Positions 25,300 to 37,678 of a stretch of DNA of 64,000 nucleotides are shown piece by piece. The notes beneath the pieces were generated by a model. That model was given only the letters and a program-made list of their open reading frames with translations, was not told where the DNA came from and ran no database searches. A program made the position numbers and the translations under genes. Source of the stretch: Scyliorhinus canicula (lineage: Eukaryota); contig NC_052162.1 in assembly GCF_902713615.1 (NCBI RefSeq), positions 71,621,686 through 71,685,685 of the forward strand. Direction: 5' to 3'. The stretch's first letter is position 1, and the number at the start of each line of letters is the position of its first letter.

Positions 25300-25830
25300 G
25301 GGAATGCTGAGAGGTCTATGTAGAGTGAACGTGCATAGGATGTTTCCACTAGTAGGAGAAACTAGAACCTGCGAGCACAGCCTCAGACTGATGGGACAAT
25401 CCTTTCGAACAGAGATGAGAAGGAATTTCTTCAGCCAGAGGGTGGTGAATCTGTGGAATGCATTGCTGCAGAAGGCTGTGGAGGCCAAGTCAAATAGTGT
25501 CTTTAAGACACAGATAGATAGGTTTGATATACCTTCAATTCACAGTGAGGCAGAGAGAGTGAGTGAACAGTAGGTTTTATTAGTCATGAACTTGCGCAGC
25601 CAGAGTCAGTAGTACGGATGAATGCCGGGCACAGGAGGCCGGCCTGTATATGACCCCGGTGTGGGCGGAGCCAGAGGCGGAGCCATACCGGGGTTACAGT
25701 ACAGTACCTGGAAGCAGTTCATATCACCACTTCCAGGTCATAGGTCACAGGTTACGGTATCATGCATGCATTATGGTGAATACATTCACCATAAGGTTCT
25801 TGATTATTAAGAGGATCAGGGGCTAATCAG
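25300..25830 (+). mobile_element. CR1 3' fragment interrupted by a solo LTR
   Basis: FRTEMRRNFFSQRVVNLWNAL..FKTQIDRF; sequence resumes after 25798. Confidence 0.88.
25525..25793 (-). mobile_element. Solo Gypsy LTR
   Basis: 5-bp TSD AGGTT (25520-25524, 25794-25798). Ends TGAT..TCAATTCAC and ACATTCACCATA resemble those of LTR 3515-3810. Confidence 0.88.
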
Positions 25831-26364
25831 GAGGGAGTCAGCTGATCGGAGTTTGGGTGATCAGGGTGGATCGGGTGAGATGGGTCAGGGGGTAAAAGTG
25901 GGAGTAGGTGGGGTAAGAATGGTTTACTTGTAACAATTCTTCTCAGAGGGTTGGGACTATCCGGAGTCTGTGCAGTGTGATTGCCATCCGAAGTTTAAAC
26001 TTACAGTCAATTTTTGCACAGTCCTTGCATGTAGATTTGTAGTTTGCAAATTTGATGTCGCATTTGACCCAAAGATGAGCTTCCAATCTCATATCTGCAC
26101 CATCAACTACCCGTCAACTTTCACCTTCGTAATATTGTTCAACTCCGCCTTTACCTCAAAACATCTGCTCATTTATGCCATGGTCCCTGAGACTTGATAG
26201 TTTGAATGGACTGTTGGTCAGACTTTCATCTTATACTCTCCATAAACTTAAGTTACCTACAACTCTATTGCCCCTATCCTGTGTCCTCATTGTCCAATGC
26301 CCTGTTATCATTGACATATGCTTATTACCACTTACACAATGCATCAATTTCAAAATTCTTCAGT

Positions 26365-27020
26365 GGGTTTTTACGTTCTTGAGGCTATGTGTTGACGCTG
26401 GGGTAGAATTTGTGGGCATCTATACCCGCACAACTGGTGCCACATCTGGACCGATTCAGCAATCGCTGAGGGGCTGGCTCCGGCACCACATGGAACACAA
26501 TTGATTCCAATGGGAAACAGTGTGGGTCTGTGATTGACACTCAGGAGGCTGACAAACTGTTACGCACACTTCACTCCCTCCACACACCATCACAGCCAAC
26601 AAGATGGCACTGGTTGCACTGGAGCGCGTCCATCCTGCTGATGGGACTACTGCAGCCAAAGGACAAAAAGGGGGGGGTGGCCTGGGGCGACACCCAATAG
26701 ACCTGTGACCCTAAATTCACAGTGGACAGTCAGCGGCATGCACAACTGCATGGTTGCCTTGCAGGCTGCGGCAATGGTGTTCTACCCTGACCCCACAATC
26801 CACCTCCTGGCCAAACCCCGGTACTCCCCCGGGCCCTGGAAGAAGCCACCCCACCAGCAGCACAACTGTCAGCAAACTATGGTGATATTGGACACTTTCC
26901 ATACTGCCTCTTTACCTCAGTAGCCACGATGCCTGTTTAACAATTTTTAAAAGCACAAGTGAACCTCACCATCAGGGATTTAGCCCACTGGAGGCGGAAA
27001 ATCGCAGAGGCCCTGGAGAA
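26365..27020 (+). mobile_element. Non-autonomous Harbinger derivative inside an L2-like relic
   Basis: Colinear with 19411->19030 and 32292-32790 through AACAAGATGGCA. Confidence 0.78.
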
Positions 27021-27329
27021 CAGCCTTAAACTGCCAAGGACTTGAACTCTTTTGATCTTGACCTCTCTTTCATCCTTTAAAACACTCCTTTAAATCCACC
27101 CCTTTGAAAACATTTTGATAATTGCCCTAATATCTCCTTCTTGATTCAGTGCTAAACCTTGTTTGCTGATGTTCATTTGAAGCACCTTGGGATGTTTTAC
27201 TGCCTTAAAGGTGTTGCACAATGGCAAGTTATTTTTATGGTATTGTTTAGTGTATCAGTAGGCTGAATTTTGTGGTCAGTGATGAAGCTAGGAAGGGTAA
27301 AGATAGCTAAACTACAGTGCTCATTTCTG

Positions 27330-28220
27330 ACAGTGAAGAAAGAAAGATCGAGGGTGGAATCTTACCAGAATATGATAAAGTGTCGAGATCAGACTGAAAA
27401 CCGGTTCACAACTCTGCAAGTTGCAAGAGTCTCGTTCATGAAAAATAATGAATGGACATGGTTTATGCCATCACTTTGGCACGGCGGGACTGGATAGAAC
27501 TGGCAACCGGCTCCACAGAGTTCGGGGTGCCATCTTTAAAAGCTCCCCGATCAGCACTGAAACATAACGCCTCAGTCCCCACCACGGAGGCATCAGGGCT
27601 CTTCCTGCCCCCACACAATCATTGCCAGCATTCCCCTCCCACACTCCGCCCCCCCCCCCCCCCCACCACTGTGGACGTTTCAGCAGCATTCATTCACTCC
27701 CACAGTGCCAACTCTCCCTCCCCCTCCCCGCCCCCGCCAAACACACAAATGAACTCCCCTCATGGGACTTCCAAAAGGGCTGCCGCCTGGCATAGTTAGG
27801 CACTGTCAGCTTGGCACAGTGCAAACTGGCAGTGTCAACCTGTGCTGGGAGGCATTCCAGCGACTACCTGGGGATTCGACTCCCTCCCCCTCTCCCTCCA
27901 GGGGCTATACTTATCTCTGTGCTCCCAGAAGGGTCCCCTCAAGTGATTCCCCACCTCGGCGAGGTATGAATATTTAGTGAGGGGGCAGTGAGGGGGGGGC
28001 GGGGGGGGAGATCATGTGGCCGGGGCCCATTTAAATTCATTAAAGTCTATTTAAATGAGTTTCCTACCCTTTGTAGGCATGACCGTCGTGACATAGCTGC
28101 CGAGGAAAATTGGGAACCGCGACCTCTCCGGAGAGAATCGCATTTCTCTATACTCTTCGGACTTCCCGCCCGCCTCACAAACCCAGAGCGCTGGCTGGTG
28201 TGGGCTCAAAATCACCCCCC
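27330..28220. mobile_element. Older Harbinger-type non-autonomous element
   Basis: GGCAC/GTGCC-rich interior also seen at 43400-43990 and 57120-57590; TIR-like right end AAAATCACCCCC. Confidence 0.5.
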
Positions 28221-31200
28221 TAGTGATCCACATGCTGTGGATCTCACATTTCCTTATCTGCATCCAAGCAGTGTAAGCAGCCAGTCACATTGAAATATTC
28301 TCACAGACAGCAAACCAGGAAGTGAAAAGCACAACTGTTCTTCACGTTTTATTGAATTTTTCAGGAGATGATTTATTGGATCAAGGTAGAGGCTAAAATA
28401 TCATAAGCATAAATATATATTTCAAAAATGTGTGGATTTTTTAAACATAAAGAACCTTGATGTTTCACCAATATAAAATTAGTTTTGCAAAGATAGGACT
28501 GAGTGTTTAGCGGTGATTATAAACTTAACATGTCATTGCACCTCATAAAACAAGGTTTAACATCGATTGTTTTGGGATTGCTCTCTGGAGGGAACCTCAG
28601 CAAACACACACTCTGGAGGAATCTGAAATGTTTCACCATCTCTGCCATGTAAAACCCAAGACGTGAATTTTTGTTAATGCAAGGTGGATAAAATAGACAA
28701 TTACATTCAAAAGCACTGCCCAATTACACTGGATTATGCAAAATGGTACATCTGCGATAATGGAAATTAGTTTGAGTGGAATCTTGAACCATATCTTCAC
28801 TTAGGAAAACCAATGCAATCTGCATTCAGGCTGATAAATGCGCCCATAGTGAAACATCAAATGTTGAACAGAATAAACTGCAAGTTAACTCTCTTAATTG
28901 CAACTGTGTGTCAATTCTAGGAAGTATGTGTCATGGGAGATTTTCAGCTTTCAAAAAAGATTATGATGACTTAGTTTTTGTTCTTTGAGAAGACTGGTAG
29001 CCAGATGTTATTGTTTGAGTTGCTCCTCAATCCTTAAATTGCTTAATTAAAGTGAAATAAAATGAATAAACAAAGGTTTAGTTGAATTAGCAGTCAGAGC
29101 TTTGCTGGGATGGTTTAAAATATATACTGGTACCAGTTATGCACTCACAGTGACCAATAGATCACAATGGAAATTTAATTACTTTTGTTACCAAGCAGAA
29201 ATTGACGTGACTGTAACATGTGCCTTGTTTACCATGCATTGTCTATTGTGCTGTATAAGAAAAATTAATTAGACATGTATGGAACCAGGTGAACAAGAAT
29301 AGACCCTGCAAATGAAAAGATACCTGAAACATATGCTCTGATTCTCTCTTCACCGATGCTGCCTGACCTGTTGAGTATTTCAAGAATTTTCTGTTTTTAT
29401 TCAAGAAAATAATGTTGTGCAAACAATCCAAAACTCACTCCCCTAAAGATTGAAGTTTAAATTTAAGTCTTGAAACCATGATGAAATGTAAAGGGACTGG
29501 AGTTGTCCCAATTTAAAATGTCTCAATTAAAGATGGCTGGAATAACATCTGTTTTTACAATTGATTTGTTGTTTTTTTCAGGGTGATTAGCCTAAGGGTT
29601 GGCACTCTGGAAACAGGGCAACAGTATGCAAATAGTAGTCAGTGCTCTGAAATTGATAGCTGTACATAACGCACCGGACCGCTGCAATAGTTACACGTGC
29701 GAACTTAGTTCCTTGTCCGGATATACCTACAATATATTCCTTCTTCATGATTTGCCAGAAGTTGCAAAACACACCCTCACTTGTTTGATGCCTGCAGAGA
29801 ACTAAGATAATGACTTGTTCAGTAAATCTGAAGTTGGAGGTTAGGGAGCATTACATGTCGTGACTCACAGACTAGTTTAACCTGAATCTAGCCCTTGTTG
29901 CAATTGTCGGCATTGGATTCCTCACATTGATGAAAATAAGCTAATTTTAAAATGTTAAAAAGCACACGGACACATACAAATTAGCAGTGCCGAGAGGCAA
30001 GCATGTCTATCCACATGTGTGAATATTGCTTATTGTGTATTTAGGGAAAAAGACCATTGCAGATTTGCTGACATCTCTTTCACACAAACAGATGCCATTC
30101 AATTGTGTGCGATTAAAGTTGTGTTTCTCCACACATATTTAGCATTACTTGTCATTGTGTCAGTAGTGTCTCAGTGCTTAAAAAGATTAATGGGTGGAGT
30201 AAGTTTTGTTTTGTAGCACACGTGATCAAGAATGGTTTCTTGGGTGGGGGGGATAAAAGAATGAAAAGCTGCTTGGAGTTTATCATAAAAGTCAACTTTT
30301 AAAATGGCAAAATAATGACCACTTAACAATGGCTTCAGGTAATTGAAATAAATGTTTCTCGAGCCCTGAGTTGGAAGGTTGTGAATTATTACCCAGGAAT
30401 ATCTTTACTTCACATGATCAACTGAATTGCATCAATTTGTATTCTGGATCCCAAGTGAAGTATTATGTTCAACCAAAATGCTCCACTTCTGGAAGGAGCG
30501 AAACCCACACATCCTGGGGCTCAATCTGCTTGAACGGCATCTCTTGATGCCTATTAGTGAAGCAGCATCAACAGTGAACGTGAAGACATCTGTGGCCTAG
30601 AATTTAAAAAAAACTTTAAAAGTCACATTATAATTGTATTTTCAAAATGCTCTACCTTCCATAATATGCAACAAAAGTTCTTTCATAGAACAAAAAGTCA
30701 GTAATTTAATATTCAACGTTTTGACTGCCCTTCTTGTCCGCCAAGTAATATCTGTAATGATCCTTCCCTATGATGGTGACATTTATATCACAGCTTTTTC
30801 TTCAAAACCAAAATCTGTTAGACCTCCCTGATCCTTGAGGTTTGCTGTGGATAACCTCCGCAATTAAATTTAATAGTTTTTGGACTTAAGGCATATCTCG
30901 ATATGACTGCTTACCAAACATAGTTATTTCCCCCTCAACTAGACTCCCAAATGGGAGCAGATAAACATTCACAAACAACTAGTATTTCCACGTTGAGGTT
31001 TGACTAATCCTCTTTGCTCAGTTTAATTATTGCAGAATTAGAAACTCAGCATTATAGAGTGATGGGCTCACACTAGGCTTCAGCTTAAAGGAAAACACAA
31101 TAATCAGAGGAACAAACAATAATCCATGAACTAAGCTATCAGACGCCGAAGGAAAGTTAAAGCTTGAAATTCTTCAGTCTATCACACGTAATTGTTAAAC

Positions 31201-32350
31201 GGGAAGTTAAACTCAGCACAAAGTATGTGCCTACTTTCGGGGTTCAGGATGTTATTAGTAGGTGATCGAAGTGAACAATTTAATTCGCCAGAATTTACAT
31301 CCCTTACCTCAATGAATACCATCGAGGAAGATTTGCTCTAGGGAGAAGCAATGTGCTAAAATAATTTAACTCTCTTTCCCGTTTTAATTTTCAATTTAGA
31401 TTCTGGACAGCATTACTTGATTACACATCGTTTGTAGCCACATTTGTCCCTATTTTAACCCTGCCCACTTGGTGGGAATGGTGCTAATGGGAGGGTAGAA
31501 ATGCAGATTGGGCATGAACTGTGGTGCACTGATACATTTGCGCAAACTCAGCAATTCAGACCAAGGAGCAAGCATGTGGCAGGTTAATAGGTATCCCATC
31601 TATTATTATGGCGATGATGCCATATTTGGACATTTATTTGTGGGGCAGGAGAGTGGAGTACTCTTCCAGTTCCCACAATTAAACCATCTGCCTCCCCCTC
31701 CTTAGACCCCCCCCCCCCCCCCCCCAACTTCCTCTCCCACTTGTCCTCCCTATTTTATTAGACACAAGAACAATCCTTCCTCAGATATCTTCTGCCAGGA
31801 ACTGTTCCCTCAGGTCGTCAGTGGCAGACATCTACCACTATAAAAATCCCATTCAGCCAATAATTCTCATTGAGCTTGGACAAAAGCCAATTTCTATTAT
31901 TTGAAACAGGCCTTGGGTTTATTGCATGTCCTATGTTTTTCATGTATGGAACAAACTGGCTGGACTGTACGCAGAACAATACTTTTCACCGGACAATAAA
32001 TAAATCAATCTAAATGGTCAAAGTTCCATGCTGGTACATTATGCATGCTTCACTCCTCCACGTTATGTTTGGAATGTTTAGCTGTCTGGTTTGTACTTTT
32101 AAAGCTGATACAAAGTGAACTTCAAGACACACACCGCTGACCTGTCTTAGAGTCAGCGTGCAGTGGAACGTATTTAAGGGTAACTTTAGGTACCAGAGAC
32201 AACTTCAACAAACTATCTCATGGAAGTATCTTGTTCAAGAGTTTCATATGTTGGATGTAGATCATTGTAGAGCAATAAATAACTTGCTTCATGGGACTAT
32301 ACCATTCCTGAGACTAACTTGACGGCGGGGCAGGATTTGTGGACTTTCAT

Positions 32351-32576
32351 TTTTTTTTAAATTTAGAGTACCCAATTAATTTTTTCCAATTAAGGGGCAA
32401 TTTAGCGTGGCCAATCCACCTACTCTGCACATCTTTTGGGTTGTGGGGGCGAAACCCACGCAAACACGGGGAGAATGTGCAAACTCCACACAGACAGTGA
32501 CCCAGAGCCGGGATCGAACCTGGGACCTCGGTGCCGTGAGGCAACAGGGCTAACCCACTGTGCCACCGTGCTGCCC
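32351..32576 (-). mobile_element. HE1/V-SINE short form inserted in the Harbinger left end
   Basis: 15-bp TSD TTTGTGGACTTTCAT at 32336-32350 and 32577-32591. Confidence 0.93.
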
Positions 32577-32788
32577 TTTGTGGACTTTCATGACAACAAA
32601 ACTGGCGCCGCACCAGGACCGATTAAGCGATTGTCAAGGGGCCAGCACCGGCGCCACGTGGAACACAATCGACTCCAATAAGAAATGGCGCCGAATTTAC
32701 TGGATTCGTGATTGACACTCAGGAGGCTGACAAGCTGCAGCTGGATATTCAGACTTCACGACCCACACACACAATCCCAGGCAACAAG

Positions 32789-34735
32789 ATGGCAGCAAGA
32801 TGGCCTCATGTTTCATGGATGCCAAGTTTGAGACCCTCCTGGATGCCATGGAGGAGGGGCAGGCCACCCTGTACCCCGACCCAGCAGCTGTTGCCATTCA
32901 CTTTGCCTGGGCATAGGTGGCAGAGGCGGTGAATGCCAGGAGCAACACCTTCCAGACCGGCCAGCAGTGCAGGAAGAAACTTTACAGCCTGCTCAAGACA
33001 GCCAGGGTGAGTAGGCAGAACTGTGACCCTGGCGTCAACCCCCATTCCACAAACCACTAACCCCACCTTGAGGGCAGCCGAGACCATACCCTGCACCACA
33101 TGTCGACATCCATACCAGCTGCCATAGCAGGGTGCCCTGGCCACTGAGGCCACCGGCCACACCACCCCGCCCCCCCCCCGCCCCCCCACCTCCCGCCGGG
33201 GCTGCATAGTTCGGACTGTCTAACACTGTCGCTTTTAGTTCCTCACCTCTACCCTAGGCAAAGCTTGCCCATAATCGGCAGGAGTGGGAGAAAACTGAAG
33301 GGGGTTCACTGGAACTGCTGCCCATCACCGTGGCTGAGCAGAGGACCCTGGAAATGGTTGGCGGGCCAGAAGAAAGGGAAGTCACCGGGGTGGAGGTCGG
33401 CCATGGGTGAGGAAGTGGGACTCCGCCTAGTTGCGATTTTCCGTGAGACGTGTGTCAACGTCCCCAACACCAGCTTCACCAACCTCACCCCCACCCTCAC
33501 TCCACACCACCCACACCCCCATACCAGCCTCACCGCTAGTCTGTGGTCTAATCATGCGTCTTATCTTGTTTGCTGCTGTTGAGATGTGTCCATCTGGTGA
33601 TCTCCGCCCCTACCCAGTGCCACAACTCTAGCTGACCAGCGACGAGGACAGCAGCACAGATGGGAGCCATATTATGCCTGAGACCTAAGACACCCCAGAG
33701 CTCGAGTCCGGGGATGATACTGATTTCCCATTACAGCTGTCTCCAACACCCTCCACCATCCCAGAGACACTCATCTCGGTTGGGCACATGAGTGAAGAGG
33801 CTGCCTCTGGTACACACCACACAGCAGCTCCGGTACATCAGGTGGAGGTCAGAACTCCCGAGGGATGGATGGTCGGATGGCGGGCTGACCCTACAAACTA
33901 GCTACCATCCAGATGGGTTTTGGGATTCTGGAACAGACAGTCCCATTTATAGTAGAGATGCAGTTGCAGAGGCAGTGATTACATGAGGGGTTGCCAGCGA
34001 GCACCCAGCACCTGCAGGTGCAGTTGGGAGAGTCCAACCGAGTGCAGGAGAAGGAAGTGCTGCTACTCAGGCAACACTGCATGGGTGGTGTTCGCAGTGG
34101 AGGCATTGGGGGCAAGGGCATTGGCTGTGGATCAGCATGTCCAGGGCCTGGGGAATTCTGTGCAAGTGCTGGCCGAGGCCCAGAACAGGGTTGCCCTCTC
34201 ACAGGCAGCCATGTATCAGAGCCATCTAGACATTGCAGCAGCGCTTCTGGGTGTGGCCCAGTTACCGCGGGCCATGATTGAGAACGTCAGTGGCATTGCC
34301 CAAGCGTTGGCTGACATAGTGCAGACACAGAGAGCGGTAGCCCAGTCCCAGGGGGAGATGACGCAGTAGCTGGCTGATGTGACACAGACCCAGGTGGCGG
34401 TGGCACAGTCAATAGGTGATGTGGTGCAGTTACATTCAAAGATGGACCACTTCCTGTGCTCCATGGCCACAAGCATGCAGACCCTGGTCGAGACATGAGA
34501 GGGCCTCCAGGACTGGCAGCGCCAGGTGGCGTGGGTGTCTCAGGGGACAGCAGCGCTCGCACCCCCATCCCAGGGAGTAGCGCGGGGGCAATCAGGCACC
34601 CCGAGGGAGGAAGAGAGGATCGGGTCCATGGCGGTGACTTCTGCTGGGGATGTGGCGAAACACTGCATTATCCCAGACTCTGACCCCTCCACCCTCCCTG
34701 TCCCTGGTGCATCTGGTGTGAAGCAGGCCACCTAG
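32789..34735 (+). pseudogene. Harbinger Myb/SANT-like (trihelix) DNA-binding protein gene, ~3 exons, disrupted
   Basis: FMDAKFETLLDAMEE..AW..VAEAVNARSNTFQTGQQCRKKL followed by GTGAGT; TAG acceptor then AKLAHNRQEWEKTEGG; coiled-coil-like C-terminal part. Confidence 0.85.
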
Positions 34736-35439
34736 GACACCCAAGCAGCAGCCGGAAAGACCCAGGCCCAGTCGCTCCAGAAGATGACCAGGTCAAAGGG
34801 CAGGAATCATAGCAGGCGCCTGCATTCCTGATGTACTGTCTTGGGATCCATCAAGACATAGTGTCCGGGCCCCTCAGGCCAGAAAGTTAGACACCAGTTA
34901 AGTTAGCACGGATGCAGGGTATTGTTTAGTTATAGGGGCTAGGGCACATATATGTACATTTATGTGCAAATTAAACACCTCTTCACACTGTTACAACCTA
35001 CCTCTATGCTCTGTCAGTGGGGTGTGAGGGGTGGGTTGGTCCGGGCTGGCCAGAGAGGGGGCGTGAGCGAAGGCTTTCGGGCAATGGGTAGACATTGTGG
35101 GTGGACTGGGCCACCCACCCTCCTTGCAGACCGTCCCCACCTCCGCCACCTCTGGGTTCCGATGGCACTGTGTGATGGAATGGCCAGCTCGAATGCAGGG
35201 GTCACTCAGGTGGACGATGGAAAGTGTTGGCGGGGGCAGGAGACAGACATTGTCAAATCCTATGGAACACCAGAGCTCATCGCAGTGCAGGTTGTCATCT
35301 TCCTCCATCCCATGGACCAGACCCGCTGTAATTGCCAACCCAGGGCCCACACACCATAGTGTGGCAGGAATGTATCCCGAAGGTGAGGGGGAGGGTTGGG
35401 GCACTTGGTGGCCATGGCCAGTGCCCTCCCGCCTCTCCA

Positions 35440-35790
35440 GCCAGTGAACCTGGATGCGTGAGAGTGCCCCGTGTGCGTTAGCCCTGGCGCACACTTTGAG
35501 CGACCTCCCATGTCTGCCTGGGCCCCATGTCCTGCCCATCCTCACCTTTGCCCTGCTCTTTGGAGGAGGCCTGACGTTCATCCGACTCCTCCAGCATGTC
35601 GCCCCTCTGCTGCACGATGTTGTGGAGGACACATCAGACAACCACGATGCGGGCGACCGTCTCAGCATACTGGAGGGCCTATTCAGAGCGGTCCAGGCAC
35701 CTGAACCGCATCTTCAGGAGGTCAAAGCACCGCTCGATTATGCCCCTGTCACTGCAAGGGCATCATTGTAGCAGGTCTCCACTTCAGTCT
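35440..35790 (-). pseudogene. HARBI1-like transposase C-terminal fragment
   Basis: IERCFDLLKMRFRCLDRS..ALQY..CVLHNIVQQRG with stops. Confidence 0.9.
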
Positions 35791-36155
35791 GTGGCTCATG
35801 TTCAATTTGGACCTTGGGTGACTTTGTAGCGTTTCTACATTCTCGCCGTATGTCATGCTTGAAAATGTTTGTAGGTTTGAATTTAGATTATGGTCATAAG
35901 ATTTTAAAAGCACCCCAGGGCTTTTTGCTGTCACTGTCCTTGTAACATCTGTTTTTTTAATTCATTTTTATAGAATTATTGCAGTGCAGAAGAAAGCCAT
36001 TCGGCCCATCGAGTCTGAACTGTTATTGATCTTGTTTCTACATGTTTGTCATGAAATACATTTTTAAAAAGTCTGCACTGACACTCCGAAAGTGCACCCT
36101 ACCCAGGCCCACACCTCCATCCTATCCCCATAACCCCCCCTAACTTTTGGACACT

Positions 36156-37523
36156 GGTACAAAAGGTGAAGTCACACGGGATCAGAGGTGAGATGGCAAG
36201 ATGGATACAGAACTAGCTAGGTCACAGCAGGCAGAGAGTAGCCATGGAAGGTTGCTTTTCTGATTGGAGGGCTGTGACTAGTGGTGTCCTGCAGGGATCA
36301 GTGCTGGGACCTTTGCTGTTCGTAGTATATATAAATGATTTGGAGGAAAATGTAACTGGTCTGATTAGTAAGTTTGCAGACGACACAAAGGTTGGTGGAA
36401 TTGCGGATAGCGATGACGACTGTCAGAGGCTACAGCAGGATTTTGTTGTTTGGAGACTTTGGAGGTGAGATGGCAGATGGAGTTTAATCCGGATAAATGT
36501 GAGGTAATGCATTTTGGAAGGTCTAATACAGGTAGGGAATATACAGTGAATGGTAGAATCCTCAAGAGTATTGACAGTCAGAGAGATCTTGGTGTACAAG
36601 TCCACAGGTCACTGAAAGGGGCAACACAGGTGGAGAAGGTAGTCAAGAAGGCATACGAAATGCTTGCCTTCATTGGCCGGGGCATTGAGTATAAAAATTG
36701 GCAAGTCGTGTTGCAGCTGTATAGAACCTTAGTTCATCCACACTTGGAGTATCGTGTTCAATTCTGGTCGCCACACTACCAGAAGAATGTGGAGGCTTTA
36801 GAGAGGGTGCAGAAGAGATTTACCAGGATGTTGCCTGGTATGGAGGGCATTAGAAAGGAGGAGAGGTTAAATAAACTTTGTTTGTTCTCACTGGCACGAA
36901 GGAAGTTGAGGGGCGACCGTAGAGGTCTACAAAATAATAATAATAGCTTATTGTCACAAGTTGGCTTCAATGAAGTTACTGTGAAAAGCCCCTAGTCACC
37001 ACATTCTGTCACCTGTTCGGGGAGGCTAGAATGGGAATTGAACCTGCGCTGCTGGTCTTGTTCTGCATTTCAAGCCAGCTGTCTTAGCCCACTGTGCTAA
37101 ACCAGCCCTTGGTGTTGTGAGGCAACAGTGCCAACTAGTGTGTCGCCTTTTAATTACTTAAATTATAGGGGGCATGGACAGCGTGGAAAGTCAGAGACTT
37201 TTTCCCAGGGTAGAGCGGTCAATTACTCGGGGGCATAGGTTTAAGGTGCGTGGGGCAAGGTTTAGAGGCGATGTAAGAGGTAAGTTTTTTTTACACAGAC
37301 GGTAATGGGTGCCTGGAACTCACTGCCAGAGCAGCTAGTGGAAGCAGGGACGATAGTGATGTTTAAAGGGCATCTTGACAAATACATGAATAGAATGGGA
37401 ATAGAGTGATACGGACCCTGGAAGTGTAGATGATTTTAGTTTAGAAGGGCAGCATGGTTGGCGCAGGCTTGGAGGGCCGAAGGGCCTGTTCCTGTGCTGT
37501 ACTTTTCATTGTCCCTTGTTCTT
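36156..37523 (+). mobile_element. CR1 LINE, 5'-truncated, interrupted by a SINE
   Basis: QGSVLGPLLF, KFADDTK, WQMEFNPDKCEVMHFG, LERVQKRFTRMLPG. Confidence 0.95.
36932..37108 (-). mobile_element. Second-family tRNA SINE
   Basis: Same unit as 19586-19943. Confidence 0.85.
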
Positions 37524-37678
37524 TAAGGGGAAATTTAGCAAAGCTAATCCAACCATCACTGCACATCTTTGGACTGTGGGAGAAAACCGAAGCACCCGGA
37601 GTAAACGGTGGCAGCAAAATGGCACAGTCGTTAGCACTGTTGCTTCATGGCATCAGGGACACTGGTTCAATTCTGGCC

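Larger units (their letters stand above)
32292..35790. mobile_element. PIF/Harbinger transposon, truncated autonomous-type copy with convergent Myb-like and transposase genes
   Basis: Left end shared with 18891-19411; Myb/SANT gene on plus, HARBI1-like C-terminus on minus. Confidence 0.9.
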
